A stretch of 58,675 nt of DNA, filler included, from Asterionella formosa (Eukaryota): NCBI GenBank assembly GCA_002256025.1. It is 5 parts of 5 records of this genome, joined end to end, with 100 filler letters (N's around TTAATTAATTAA, not from the genome) between each part and the next. Parts side by side here need not be neighbours in the genome. Positions count along the whole stretch, not along the records: positions 23,553 to 35,196 come from NKIB01008260.1; positions 35,297 to 46,939 come from NKIB01008271.1; 3 more parts are not named here. One strand, 5' to 3'. Under the pieces are notes generated by a model that was given only the letters and a program-made list of their open reading frames with translations, did no database searches and was not told the DNA's origin. This document shows, one piece after another, positions 24,858 to 35,886 of this stretch. The translations under genes and the position numbers were made by a program. Position 1 is the stretch's first letter, and every line of letters begins with the position of its first letter.

Positions 24858-25818
24858 GGGTGATTTATGAAAGGACGCTTCTTTATTCGTGGTGGGATTT
24901 GATTGTGCCCGTACTGCACAACTGGTTCCTCCTGGTCGTGTTTGAACAACGGTACATAATTCTTGAGTTCTTCCACTGCCTCTCGTGGAATTCTACAGTA
25001 CATGCAGGTTCCAAATTCATTCAGTCATGCTAGTAGCAGTAGCACATTTCTACACTGGAATTATTGTCCAACATGATGATTATATCTATACATATATATA
25101 TTCAATAATAAGTATGTACTAGACTGCATTATATAGTGGTAGATGAAAGGGTTTTATTGTGGAGTGTTTTGCCAGTATCCCGGTATGAGTATCGAACAAT
25201 ACTATTTTTAATGACATATCTATCACATAGATTCTACATTAACTTTCGTACCGGGTATGAGTGATATATCTATTTTACATAGAATACAGGACGATGGATG
25301 ACGTTGTTTCATCACGAATGAGATCATGAAGACATTTTGAGAAATTACGAGCTTAGCTGTGTCCTGAATACCCGGTACACCAGTATCATTTTATATCCAC
25401 AGGAGGTACATTTTTATTGGAAAGAAAGGACTCGTACAGATACATAGATATAATACGTACATTATACCGACCATAATTTCAAATTTCGAACCCGGTCACC
25501 TGTACAAATCTACAAGGCTCAAAATACGGGACTTCAAGTATACTGGAAAAAGGCTCTCTTTTCTGTCTACGGAGTACATGCTGAGCAATCCTGCACATCG
25601 ATACAGATGTATATAGGGTTAGGGTTATATCAAATATATCGGAACTCAATAATGAAAGAACTCGACTAACACCCATTCTATACTTTGATGTCAGTTCAGG
25701 AAATGAGTTGTACATAAGGATTAATTTATAAGCTCATATATTCAACAAATACTACTACTTCTAGTTAGATACTACTTCACTTTGAATTCAAAAAGAGTCG
25801 AATTAGAAGACAACAAAC

Positions 25819-27994
25819 ATGGCAATGTATTCAAGGGTTCCTGTGATTCCTTTGATCAAAGACTACAATGTATTGACTATCAAGACTAAAACATTCAGAG
25901 TTGCTTTAACCGGTGGAAGGTTTGAATTGTTTGATCAAGATATGATCAATGGAAGCTCTGTGGAAGCATTGTTAATTGGAGTGAGTCAATTTCGTGACAT
26001 GGCTAACACATGTGCCTTTAGCCCTGCAGATACCTTTTCCTACTTTAAAAGGTGTTTGACCAACATTGCCTTATCGGATTGGTTGAATGTGGAAGTACAC
26101 CCAGAAGATCAATCTTACGATAGTTTCGATGAAGCGATGGTTTTATGGTTAGACGATCGTTTACCAAACGAGAGTTTTCAACGTCAACGACAATGGATGC
26201 TACGTTATTAATCTAAACCCTTCTCTATGTTGGTAATGGATTTCGGAGCTCGTATTAAAACTTTAAACAGGCTACTTCAACTAATGCCTCATCCAGAAGA
26301 TCAAAACGGATTGTCAAAAGAAGATGTGCGGATTATCATCATCCGTTCTATGCCCGATGAGTGGCAACAAGAGTTTGAATTAAATCATGCAAAGACTTCA
26401 GACCAATCGATTCGCTCGGTTCTCGCTTACTTCGAGAGTCAACAATCGTTTAAGGACCGAAACAAGCATCTTCCCAAGAACAGTTTTCAAACAATCACAC
26501 AGAACCGTCTTCGCATTGCTGAAGGCAATCGTGTGATACGTCAAGAAAACGAGCGTGTCAGTAGTCAATTCTACAACGATAATTTTACTCCAAGTGGTCG
26601 TGGAAGGGCGCGTGCTATTGTCAATGCAGCCGGACGCGCATGGGATCGTCAGGGAACTGTTCGTCATCAAGCTCTACAAGCCAGTCGTACGTACCATGAT
26701 TATCGTGTTCCTTGCCCCGTACATCCTGAAGGTGTACATACTTGGGGCAATTGTTTCCAGAATCCTCGTACTCAAGGTGGTCGAGCAGGTCGCATGGCTG
26801 GTCGTAATAATGGATATGGCCGTTCCAGTTTTGGTAGACGAGGACATTTTGGTGGTCGTGGAGGCGGTGCACACAGCAATCCTACGGAAAGCTATCATAC
26901 TGACACTGCTAACCCTGTGCCTGTTCCACATGCTCGTATGTTAAATACATGGGGTCATAATACTCGTCCATCTGGTTAGGGTACCGTGCCACGTGCCGAT
27001 CCTACCGAGAATACATCTGCCCAGGAAATTTCAGTGGTCACGAACCCTCCTGCTGGTCAGATAGTGACTTTTGTCCCTACTACACAACAGCAGATTGCTG
27101 ATCGCCATCACAGAGGTATGTGCGATAATAGCGATGCTATTTATAATGACTCGTTGAGTACATCTCACGTTGGTCATTACCTGAATAAAATTGTTTACTT
27201 AAAGGTTGAATACACGATGGATACCGCTGTTGCTGTAACGCGGGACATATATAACTGTATTGATGGACATGATGTTCCACATACATATCAGGGCCCAATT
27301 CCGGTTTCCTGTTTTACTTCTAAGGATATATTAACATCAATTGATTTGATTCCGATGTCCCTTTTAGCGCCACGATTGGTGGATGATATACCTATGCATA
27401 AAATCCTACGAGTAGTATTCGATAGTGGAGGATCGTTATCCTTAAGACATGAACGGGTTATGCCTCAAAGTATTTCTTTGCCTGACGAGACTTCCCATAG
27501 CTGGTACTTATTCATCTCATGCCAGTGTCATGCTATATGACCTGATTCTGCCAGAATTTTATCGATCCGCTCATATTTTACAACAAAAGTGCCAAGTCTT
27601 TAATGGTCTATGCACATTTGATGTTATTTTAGGACATGATTTCCTCCGTCAAGTTGGTTTAACCATTGATTTTGTAAATAACACCATGTCCTGTATGGAT
27701 ATGATTGTTCCTATGCATCCTCTCACATTCTTTGATGATAGAGAACGTTTACGAGATGTATTATTTTATTTCGATGCACCTACGCTTGTGGAATCTTCAT
27801 ATGCGCTGGAAATTAAAGCTGCTGAATATAATTACGTAAATATTGATACAGTGGTGGATAAACAGATACATTTGACAACAATACAACGATCATGTTTACG
27901 AACTGTATTGGTCAAATATCAAACATTATTTGATTGCAAATTAAAAGTCTATCCTCATAAACAGGTACATTTGGAATTATTATCAAATTACTAA
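25819..27994 (+). mobile_element. Degenerate Ty3/gypsy retrotransposon fragment (gag and protease, truncated before RT)
   Basis: gag with knuckle CPVHPEGVHTWGNC and an RGG-rich tail; protease LRVVFDSGGS and DVILGHDFL; pre-RT LFDCKLKVYPHKQVHLEL. Stop at 26209-26211 and frameshifts. Confidence 0.85.
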
Positions 27995-28837
27995 AGAGAT
28001 GAAGTTTAGTCAAACTTGGATCATTCCCTTTCAATTGTTTGACATCTTCTTCCCATCTAGGCATGGTCAATGTCGTCGTCTTGAATGTAATGGAAGTTGT
28101 CTATTGTGATTGACCAGCGACTTCTTTTTTCGTTCTTGTTCGAGTGAAAAGTGTTTTTTGTGTTAAAACTCCTTTTCTCATGATTTTGTCGTAGAAATCT
28201 ACGCAACTCATTCCTCCTGCATGATAATAGATATGCCGGAAATTTGTCGATCCTAATGAATCGGTACCAATATGTAGTACATATAGCTACATGTGATGCA
28301 TGATGATGATCGTATGTATACGATTGGACTACCCGTATGTATACGATTAGACTAAGGGTAATGTTGAAAGGGCTTACCGGTATATGTACCTGTTCGTATC
28401 CCGGTATGTAAAAATAACATTCATTTGTGTGTGTGTCGTATCATGTCGCTCGTGTTTGTAATTCTTGACTCTCTTGTCCATCATGGTACTAACATAGTCT
28501 ACCCGAAATAATTTCTCTACCAAGTTCTACATGAAATCATAACCATGATGATGCCGGAACTTTTGTCCATCATAAAATATGTTTGTATATATGCCCTGTA
28601 TTGTATAAAAGTAATAAATACCGGTATGGAGTTGAAATATAAACTTATACAGGACATTTTGAGAAATTACGAGCTATTAATTACACTTTTTATACAGTGT
28701 ACTGGTACACCGGTGTCAGTACAACCGGTACATTTATTGGAAAAATACCGGTGTTGCTCCACCTGGTATGTAAAAATCGTTATATAGGAGAAGGTTGAAG
28801 TTTAGTAAAATGTATGTATGATACCAGTATTTAACAT

Positions 28838-28968
28838 AGATTAATGACCCCGAGGGTCATTTTAGCTTACCCGATATTCTGCTAAGCAAAATTCCGGAAA
28901 TGATTGAGAATTTTTCCATTTCGACTTCTACTGACAAAATGTTGGTACAAAAGCCTCACAGACAAAGT
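28838..28968 (-). repeat. Dispersed ~130 bp repeat, copy 2, abutting the 3' end of the LRR array
   Basis: Reverse complement aligns with 9138-9252; contains the imperfect palindrome aatgaccccgagggtcatt. Confidence 0.8.
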
Positions 28969-28983
28969 GGAAAGTGAAAAGAC

Positions 28984-29870
28984 TCACGAACAATCAAGTG
29001 CTTCTTTCTTCATCGACTCAAGTGTGCCTGTGAAAGTAGTGAGGGACAAATCTAGATAAAGACTTGTCAAGAGTCCAATCTCTGTGGTAAGTGTGCCATT
29101 GAAAGTGCTATAGGACAATTCTAGACCAGCGAGACTTGTCAAGAGTCCAATCTCTGTTGGAAGTGTGCCAGTGAAAGTAGTGGAGGACAAATTTAGATAA
29201 ATGAGACTTTTCAAGAGTCCAATCTCTGTTGGAAGTGTGCCAGTGAAAGTAGTGGAGGACAAATATAGACCAGTAAGACTTGTCAAGAGTCCAATCTCTG
29301 TTGGAAGTGTGCCAGTGAAAGAATTGGAGAACAAATATAGAACAGTGAGACTTTTCAAGAGTCCAATCTCTGTTGGAAGTGTGCCATTGAAAGAATTGGA
29401 GACCAAATATAGATCAGTAAGACTTGTCAAGAGTCCAATCTCTGTGGGAAGTGTGCCATTGAAAGTGCTATAGGACAAATCTAGAACAGTAAGACTTGTC
29501 AAGAGTCCAATCTCTGTAGGAAGTGTGCCATCGAAAGTATGGTAAACCAAAGATAGAGAAGTGAGACTTGTCAAGAGTCCAATCTCTGTTGGAAGTGTGC
29601 CAGTGAAAGTATTGTACCTCAACTCTAGACCAGTAAGACTTGTCAAAAGTCCAATTCTGTTGGAAGTGTGCCATTGACAGAATTGTACCTCAACTCTAGA
29701 CCAGCGAGACTTGTCAAGAGTCCAATCTCTGTTGGAAGTGTGCCAGTGAAAGTAGTGGAGTGCAAATCTAGATAAGTGAGACTTGTCAAGAGTCCAAAGT
29801 ACTCTGTGGGAAGTATACCAGTGAGACTTGTCAAGAGTTCAGAACCCGTAGGTGAGGGTGTTTCAACCAA
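28984..29870 (-). pseudogene. Plant/RLK-type LRR array (11 x 24 aa, 72-bp units) with a 1-nt frameshift near 29655
   Basis: LTSLxxLxLxxxxFxGTLPTEIGL repeats. One unit reads ccaattctgt instead of ccaatctctgt. No signal peptide or LRR cap; ends abruptly. Confidence 0.88.
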
Positions 29871-29877
29871 TGATGGT

Positions 29878-31290
29878 TTAGATTTTGTGAGCTGAATGGG
29901 AGTTGCGATGAAGGAATGCAGGCCTTCCTGTAAAGAGCTTGAATGCTACACTGGTCAATTGCGTGGCCCCAGATGCAACGACCAATTCAGTGCCAAACAT
30001 AGCCATACAGGTATCTGACAAATGCTTCTCCTCCTCCTCAAATTGATGTTTTCCAAGATACCTTCCGTATTTATCACCCCACTCTTTGAGCTTGGGAAGC
30101 TTGGACAACTTTGCCCTATTTGCAACCTTTTGCCATGTCTCTTTTTTAACTTGAGCAATGGACAGAAATGATGCTACTTTTGTTGCGCTATGATTATTAA
30201 TGGAGATTTCCAGCTGATCCTGTTCTTCGGACCCTCTCAGCTGTTCAACTATCTGGAAGAATATTATGGTCGCATCTTTTGTTCCAAGATCCACCAAGAT
30301 TTCCAAAACAGTCCAATTAGTTATTGGTTCTTGATTCAAATCGAGGCATGGGAGAGTCCTGCTTCGATCAAGTTCATTGGTGGCGAGCACCCAAAAGAAA
30401 AAGCCCAGCGGCTCTGGAACAAAGAAAATTCTCCGCCTCGCTCTCTGGAACTTTCTCAGCTTGGGGTGCGTTTAGCATGCACAATTGCTCAAAAGCCGCA
30501 AAACCTTATACCAAATTTCAATAGGATTTGACAGTTTCTTTTGTAACTCGTACTGTTTGGAAGACCGCTGGTCATCACCAACATCAAGGGTTGCATATTT
30601 CTTTATCGATTGAAGGAGCCTGGAAACACAATATTCAAATGGAGTATAGCTCGTTTCTTTATCAAGAGTGTTAGTCGCATCTGGGTTTTTCTTGATCAAA
30701 ATACAGACGACCTCAAAATCAGGATAATCTCCTTCTTGCATCGCGAGGAGAAGAGGTGACTGAGGTTTGGAGTGCCATAGTTTGCAACTGAATTCGGGTT
30801 GTCCTTTGTGATTTGCTTAATCTCTGGAGCTTTTTCACCTCGAAAAATTGCCAGATGAAGTGGAATAAAGGGCATTTTCATGAACTTAATGGCATAAGGA
30901 CATTTGTCCACAAAATTTTGGATGGATACAAGTGATACTGGCTTTTCCCCTCCTAGACCACAGTCAATAGGAGTCTCACCATCGTTGGCTTCTATAGTCA
31001 CAGCTTGAGGACAGGCATCCAAAGGGGCATTTATAATTTCCACTGGAGCCCGGACTTTCATGCCAAGGTGCAGTGGAGTGTAGCCCTTGTTGTCTTTCAT
31101 CATCATGACATCAGGACAGGCATCCAAAAGGACCTTGATAACCACCACACTGGCCCCTCCTTCGATTCCAAGGTGCAACAGAGTGTTTCCATGGCGATCT
31201 TGCACCTTTGCAGCTTCAGGACAAGCTTTCAACAGGGGGTTCAATATCATCCACCCTGATATGGGGTGTTTCCCCCCAGATCAGGGCTGC
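29878..31290 (-). pseudogene. Frameshifted ankyrin-repeat region followed by the probable start of a protein kinase domain
   Basis: DRHGNTLLHLG, DNKGYTPLHLG, DGETPID, IPLHLAI and SYTPFEY ankyrin motifs across frames. WGDKYGRYLG...KHLSDTC..FG.E....SVAFKLF resembles kinase subdomains I-II of stramenopile ANK-kinases (lower confidence). Confidence 0.7.
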
Positions 31291-31292
31291 TG

Positions 31293-32402
31293 CTAGACCC
31301 TTGAAACATTAAAAACATTATCATCAATGTTCTCCGGTTTGAGAAAGTTCTTGCTTCTTATCTCAACTGTTCTTTGAATTTTATTAAGTAAGCTATCATC
31401 AATTGAATTATACCGGAGACCAAGTTCAGTCAAGACAGTATTGACCTTGAGAGCCTCTGCAATGGCCTTGGCTCTGTCATTACCAATTGAGTTATCTCCA
31501 AGATTAAGTGAAGTCAAGACAGTATTGGCCTTGAGAGCATCTGCAATGGCCTTGGCTCCGTCAACACCAATTGAATTATGATCGAGATCAAGTCTAGTCA
31601 AGACAGTATTGACCTTGAGAGCCTCTGAAATGGCCTTGGCTCCGTCATCACCAATTGAATTATTATAGAGAATAAGTGTAGTCAAGACAGTATTGACCTT
31701 GCGAGCCTCTGCAATGGCCTTGGTGCCATCATCACCAATTGAATTTCTATAGAGATGAAGTTCAGTTAAGATAGTATTGACCTTGAGAGCCTCTGCAATG
31801 GCCTTGGCTCCATCAACACCAATTGAATTATTGTCGAGATGAAGTTCAGTCATGACAGTATTGACCTTGAGAACCTCTGCAATGGCCTTGCCTCCGTCAT
31901 CACCAATAGAATTATTGCAGAGATGAAGTGTAGTCAAGACAGTATTGACCTTAAGGGCCTCTGCAATGGCCTTGGCAACATTATCACCAATTGAATTTCG
32001 TCTGAGACGAAGTGTAGTCAAACTTGGATCATTTTCTTTCAATTGGTCGACATATCTTTCAAAATCTGCATTCCCACTATGAAGCTCATTGATAATATAC
32101 TTCTTCAAAATCTCGTAATTTTTAGAGATAAGAGCCTTAATCACAGACCGGTTCGTTTCAGTGTTGGAAACAATTTTTTTCAAAACATCAAAATATTTAG
32201 AAGTGGTATCCGATGCCACATCAACGGAGTCCAAAGCATTTATCAACCACGGCAGGGCATGCTTGGCAAGCAACGGAATAGAAAGAATGAAATCATGTGA
32301 TTTCATCCTATTCTTCGACGTCGTGCTCATTGCAGAGCTGGATCGAGCACTCTCTGGACCACCTTCCCACAGCACAAGCGTTATAACAAAATTTTCAGCC
32401 AT
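31293..32402 (-). pseudogene. RI-like/NLRC3-like LRR domain (8 x 28 aa, 84-bp units), open and fused to upstream scaffold sequence
   Basis: LTxLxLxxNSIGxDGAKAIAEALKVNTV repeats at ~31405-32030, preceded by the cap LKENDPSLTTL. Confidence 0.85.
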
Positions 32403-33172
32403 TCGATTAAGCGATTAGGCAAACCTATGATCGTTTTAGACGTTTTTGTTGACCAAAATAAGAAACGGAGAAACTTCAAGAAGTCTGAAATTGTTGAAGT
32501 CGAAATTCCCTCGTCAAAAACAACCATGGCAGTAAGATTGCGCAAGAGACCTTCAGCACTAGATAGTGATTCTAAAAGTTTGACACCCACCTCATCTAAA
32601 TCAAAATCACTTGTCTTCTCAAGAGGAAGTGAAGTCGACCCTGTGTTTCCAAAAAGATAACATATTAGAATCCGAAGGGCCGCTGCGTTGGCCATTCGAC
32701 AACGCGTTTGGTCCACACTAATTGTTGCACCTGCACCGGAAAAGAATTCGATCACGGATGTAAATCCACCCAAATCTATGAACCCCCTTCTAAACGCTGT
32801 GGAGTCCAATTTCTCGAACTTGCCAATTTTGTTTGAGGGTAAAATGGATAAAACCTCAGGGGCTGGCTGCAAAAATGACTCAGTTGCTTGCATGATATAA
32901 ACTGATTTCTGGAAATTGCCGTGGTTGAACAATGATGCCCAAATATTTGTTGAGTCAACCAACATCGAATCATCACCAACACCTGCACTTGACCGCATAA
33001 TGCTTGAAACGCCGGCATTTGTAGGCATGTTGCCATTGCCACTGCTGTCGAATCCTGATTCATCAACAGAATCAGAAGATAACAACACTGAGTTGGATCC
33101 AGCGACGAGTGAAACTACCAGTATTGTTCCTGACTTGGAGGCGACCTCATTTATTAGAAAAGACCAAGCCAT
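32381..33172 (-). pseudogene. Helical scaffold fragment resembling the non-catalytic region of USP9/USP24/USP34 deubiquitinases
   Basis: SLF...SVY.MQ..ESFLQP...DSTAFRRGFIDLGGFTSVI...TRCRMANAAALRIL resembles recalled USP9X LF...VLYL.E...LLMP...DFQFHFLKSGGL..VL...TRRGAYLNALKI. No catalytic USP motifs are present. Confidence 0.5.
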
Positions 33173-34309
33173 GCAAGGTCACCGTGATCTCAGTCTCGCT
33201 GCTGCTCGTTCGTGTGCTTGATGGATTCTGGAGAGAACCTCCACTTGGATCATTGAATCAAACTTTATCACAAGAAAGGAACCTCGATTATCGAATGGCT
33301 AGACATGAGAAGCGTCCACAACGACGACATTGAAACCAGCCACACAGCAAATACAAATTTATTTGTTTCTAGACCAAAGCTTAAAAGTCTGCATACCGGT
33401 CTTCGCTTCAAGCTGATTGTTCTCCACATGTGATTCAACTATGGTACCCTTACTGAAGCTTTGAGGGAAGCTGCCAAGTTCTTTCTTGTCTCGATCTGGA
33501 ACCTGACTGAATCATGAAGAATGAAAGCCACAATCAAAATAATGAACAACTTGCCCTTTAGTACAGTTTATTTATTCATTTATTTGACAAGCCGCAGCTT
33601 TCCTTTTTGATGGCAAACTATCGTGGTAACGGTACATACAAAGCTATCAAACATGGAAGGACCTATATACATTACCAGTACTATTCATCATCAGTGCAAC
33701 TGCCCTATTAAATATCACTTGAATGCTGATTAATCTACCGGTACTTTGAAACTTGTCCTTGGAAATCATTACACTGGTAGCAGATTCTGCTACTGGTACT
33801 TATTATGGAGTAGCACATTCGGCTATTGGATCCTCATCAGAATAGGAGTCCTTGCGAAGAGTGTATTTCTATTTGGAAATATCTTGTATATGACATCATA
33901 TGGAACCATATACAGTATCATTACCGGTAGTAGTTATATTCAAGTGGGCCAGGCACGTCTGTCCAATGGAATTTTTTGGTGTTTGAGATCTTCTTTGCTT
34001 CTATGCATGCTCTTAGGACGAGTGTTTTTAATTTCTGGCAATTGTAGACACGTTGAAAATTCCTGCATACGCAGGGTGGATGATCACACTGAGGGTCGCT
34101 CTTATCATTTTCGATTTGTTATAATATCATGCAACGGCTACTCGTGAGAGTGGTTATTTTGTGAATCGATATTGAAGAAAGTTCTTTTCACACGCATACC
34201 AGGAATAATGATAGAACCATCAGTACGAATATTAAATTTTGTGTCATTATATTTATCACATCGACAAAATTAATTCTGTTCTCTCTTCGTCTTCGAGACC
34301 GTTCATAAC

Positions 34310-35196
34310 ATGGCAGACCATTTTGTCAAGCAACAATAATAAGAAGAAGAATGATGATGGTTGAGGCAAGAAGAAGGAACCCAGTGACACCCTTGACAAT
34401 GGAGGCTCCGATGAGAAGAAGCACCCAGCTTTGTCGATTCTCCAAGAAGGAACTCATTGTGATGGAGAAGAATCGTCGTTCCTCGCAGAGAAGCGCCTTA
34501 TTGCTGAGAGAAGTCGTGTACCAAGGCAAATGGAAAAGAAGTTGGTAACCAGATCCTCAGAAAAGGATGATCCAGATTCCATCATGTCTGATTCCAACAA
34601 CATTACTCTCCATGACAAGCAAAAGAGTGTGGGTAAAATGCAATTGCTGCTACTCCTGCTACTGCTGGCCTAGATCATGCTCATCCTTTTGCAGATGAAG
34701 CAAAGGAGGATGAGTTGGACAACGCTACTATATTCCATGACCTGGCAGCAGGCCCTGAAGTTGCCAAGAAGTTCTGTTGAATACAGCAATGAAATCCTGT
34801 TTGCAGAGGAAGCAAACGAAAGTGAAAGGCCAATACCAGGAAGCCAATACCTTGCAGGAGATACCAGAGGTGCCTCAAGATGACAACCTTTCTTCTGATA
34901 TCTTTGTCACTGCACTCTCATCAACAGCTCCATGTGGCATCACCACCACAACAGGCACATCCTGGCGCATTTCCAGTACGGGGATCAAGAATCACTCCAC
35001 AGCATGATTCCTTTTTGAATGGTGACAATAATCCTGCAACATTATTCAATGCTGAACTTGTGGTTGATTCCGAACTTGCCAGCAGTGCCTCTCTTGTTGA
35101 CGTTGAAGCAGAAGAAACAGCCCAATGTCAACGTCAAGTAAAGACTGCTTTGTTAATATTTTTGGTAATTGACATCTTCGTTTCCATCCCAATTCA
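34310..35196 (+). pseudogene. Degenerate N-terminal part of a diatom-type single-TM (often LRR) protein, cut by the contig end
   Basis: Frameshifted low-complexity region, then HPGAFPVRG, NAELVVD and a TM segment TALLIFLVIDIFVSIPI. Confidence 0.45.
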
Positions 35197-35296
35197 NNNN
35201 NNNNNNNNNNNNNNNNNNNNNNNNNNNNNNNNNNNNNNNNTTAATTAATTAANNNNNNNNNNNNNNNNNNNNNNNNNNNNNNNNNNNNNNNNNNNN
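35197..35296. other. Artificial contig spacer
   Basis: N44-TTAATTAATTAA-N44. Confidence 0.99.
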
Positions 35297-35886
35297 ATTT
35301 TACTTTTTTTATAATGGTTTTGTCATCCTACGTCACAGTAGATGGGTGGTTGACAGCATTTAGGATTTCCCAAAAACCGATAGCATCGTTTTTTCGTCAG
35401 TTGACCAAAACCAAAACCAATCCAAAAAAAAAGTTTTTGGGTTTTGGTTTGGGTCAACGGTTAGCAACGGCCTACTCCTGCAGCTCTGCTCGACAAAAAG
35501 CATAAGCAATTCCAGCTTGTACTGGTACCTGCAGGTTACGGTCATTTTGCTTAAATAGACCATTTAATCTGGGATAAAATAAAAAAATCTTTAGTTGAGC
35601 AAAATTACCTCAACTTACTGGTACCAACCAGTATGTACAAGCGGGAATTGTGCTGAAACTAAAACTTTTAGCTATCTTTATCGTAGATTAAAATTGCTTA
35701 TTTAAGCCAAATGCCCCAACTTGCCAGGTACCTGGAACCTGAGGGTGCGTAGTCCCGTATTATATGATTTCCGGTACATATATGAATTGCTGTTATCTGA
35801 ATATCACATACCGCCGATTGTTTCCAGCGACATCAAATATTCCAAACAAGCAACCATGACAAAATCCCCATTGATGACTTTAACGA

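Noticed and set aside
26209..26211. In-frame TAA within gypsy gag as programmed readthrough
   Set aside because: The element has other frameshifts and is truncated; simple decay explains it.
29020..29835. Repeat/variable alternation resembling a CRISPR array or DGR target
   Set aside because: Units are in-frame 24-aa LRRs whose variable parts are related to each other. No cas genes, RT or template repeat; eukaryotic context.
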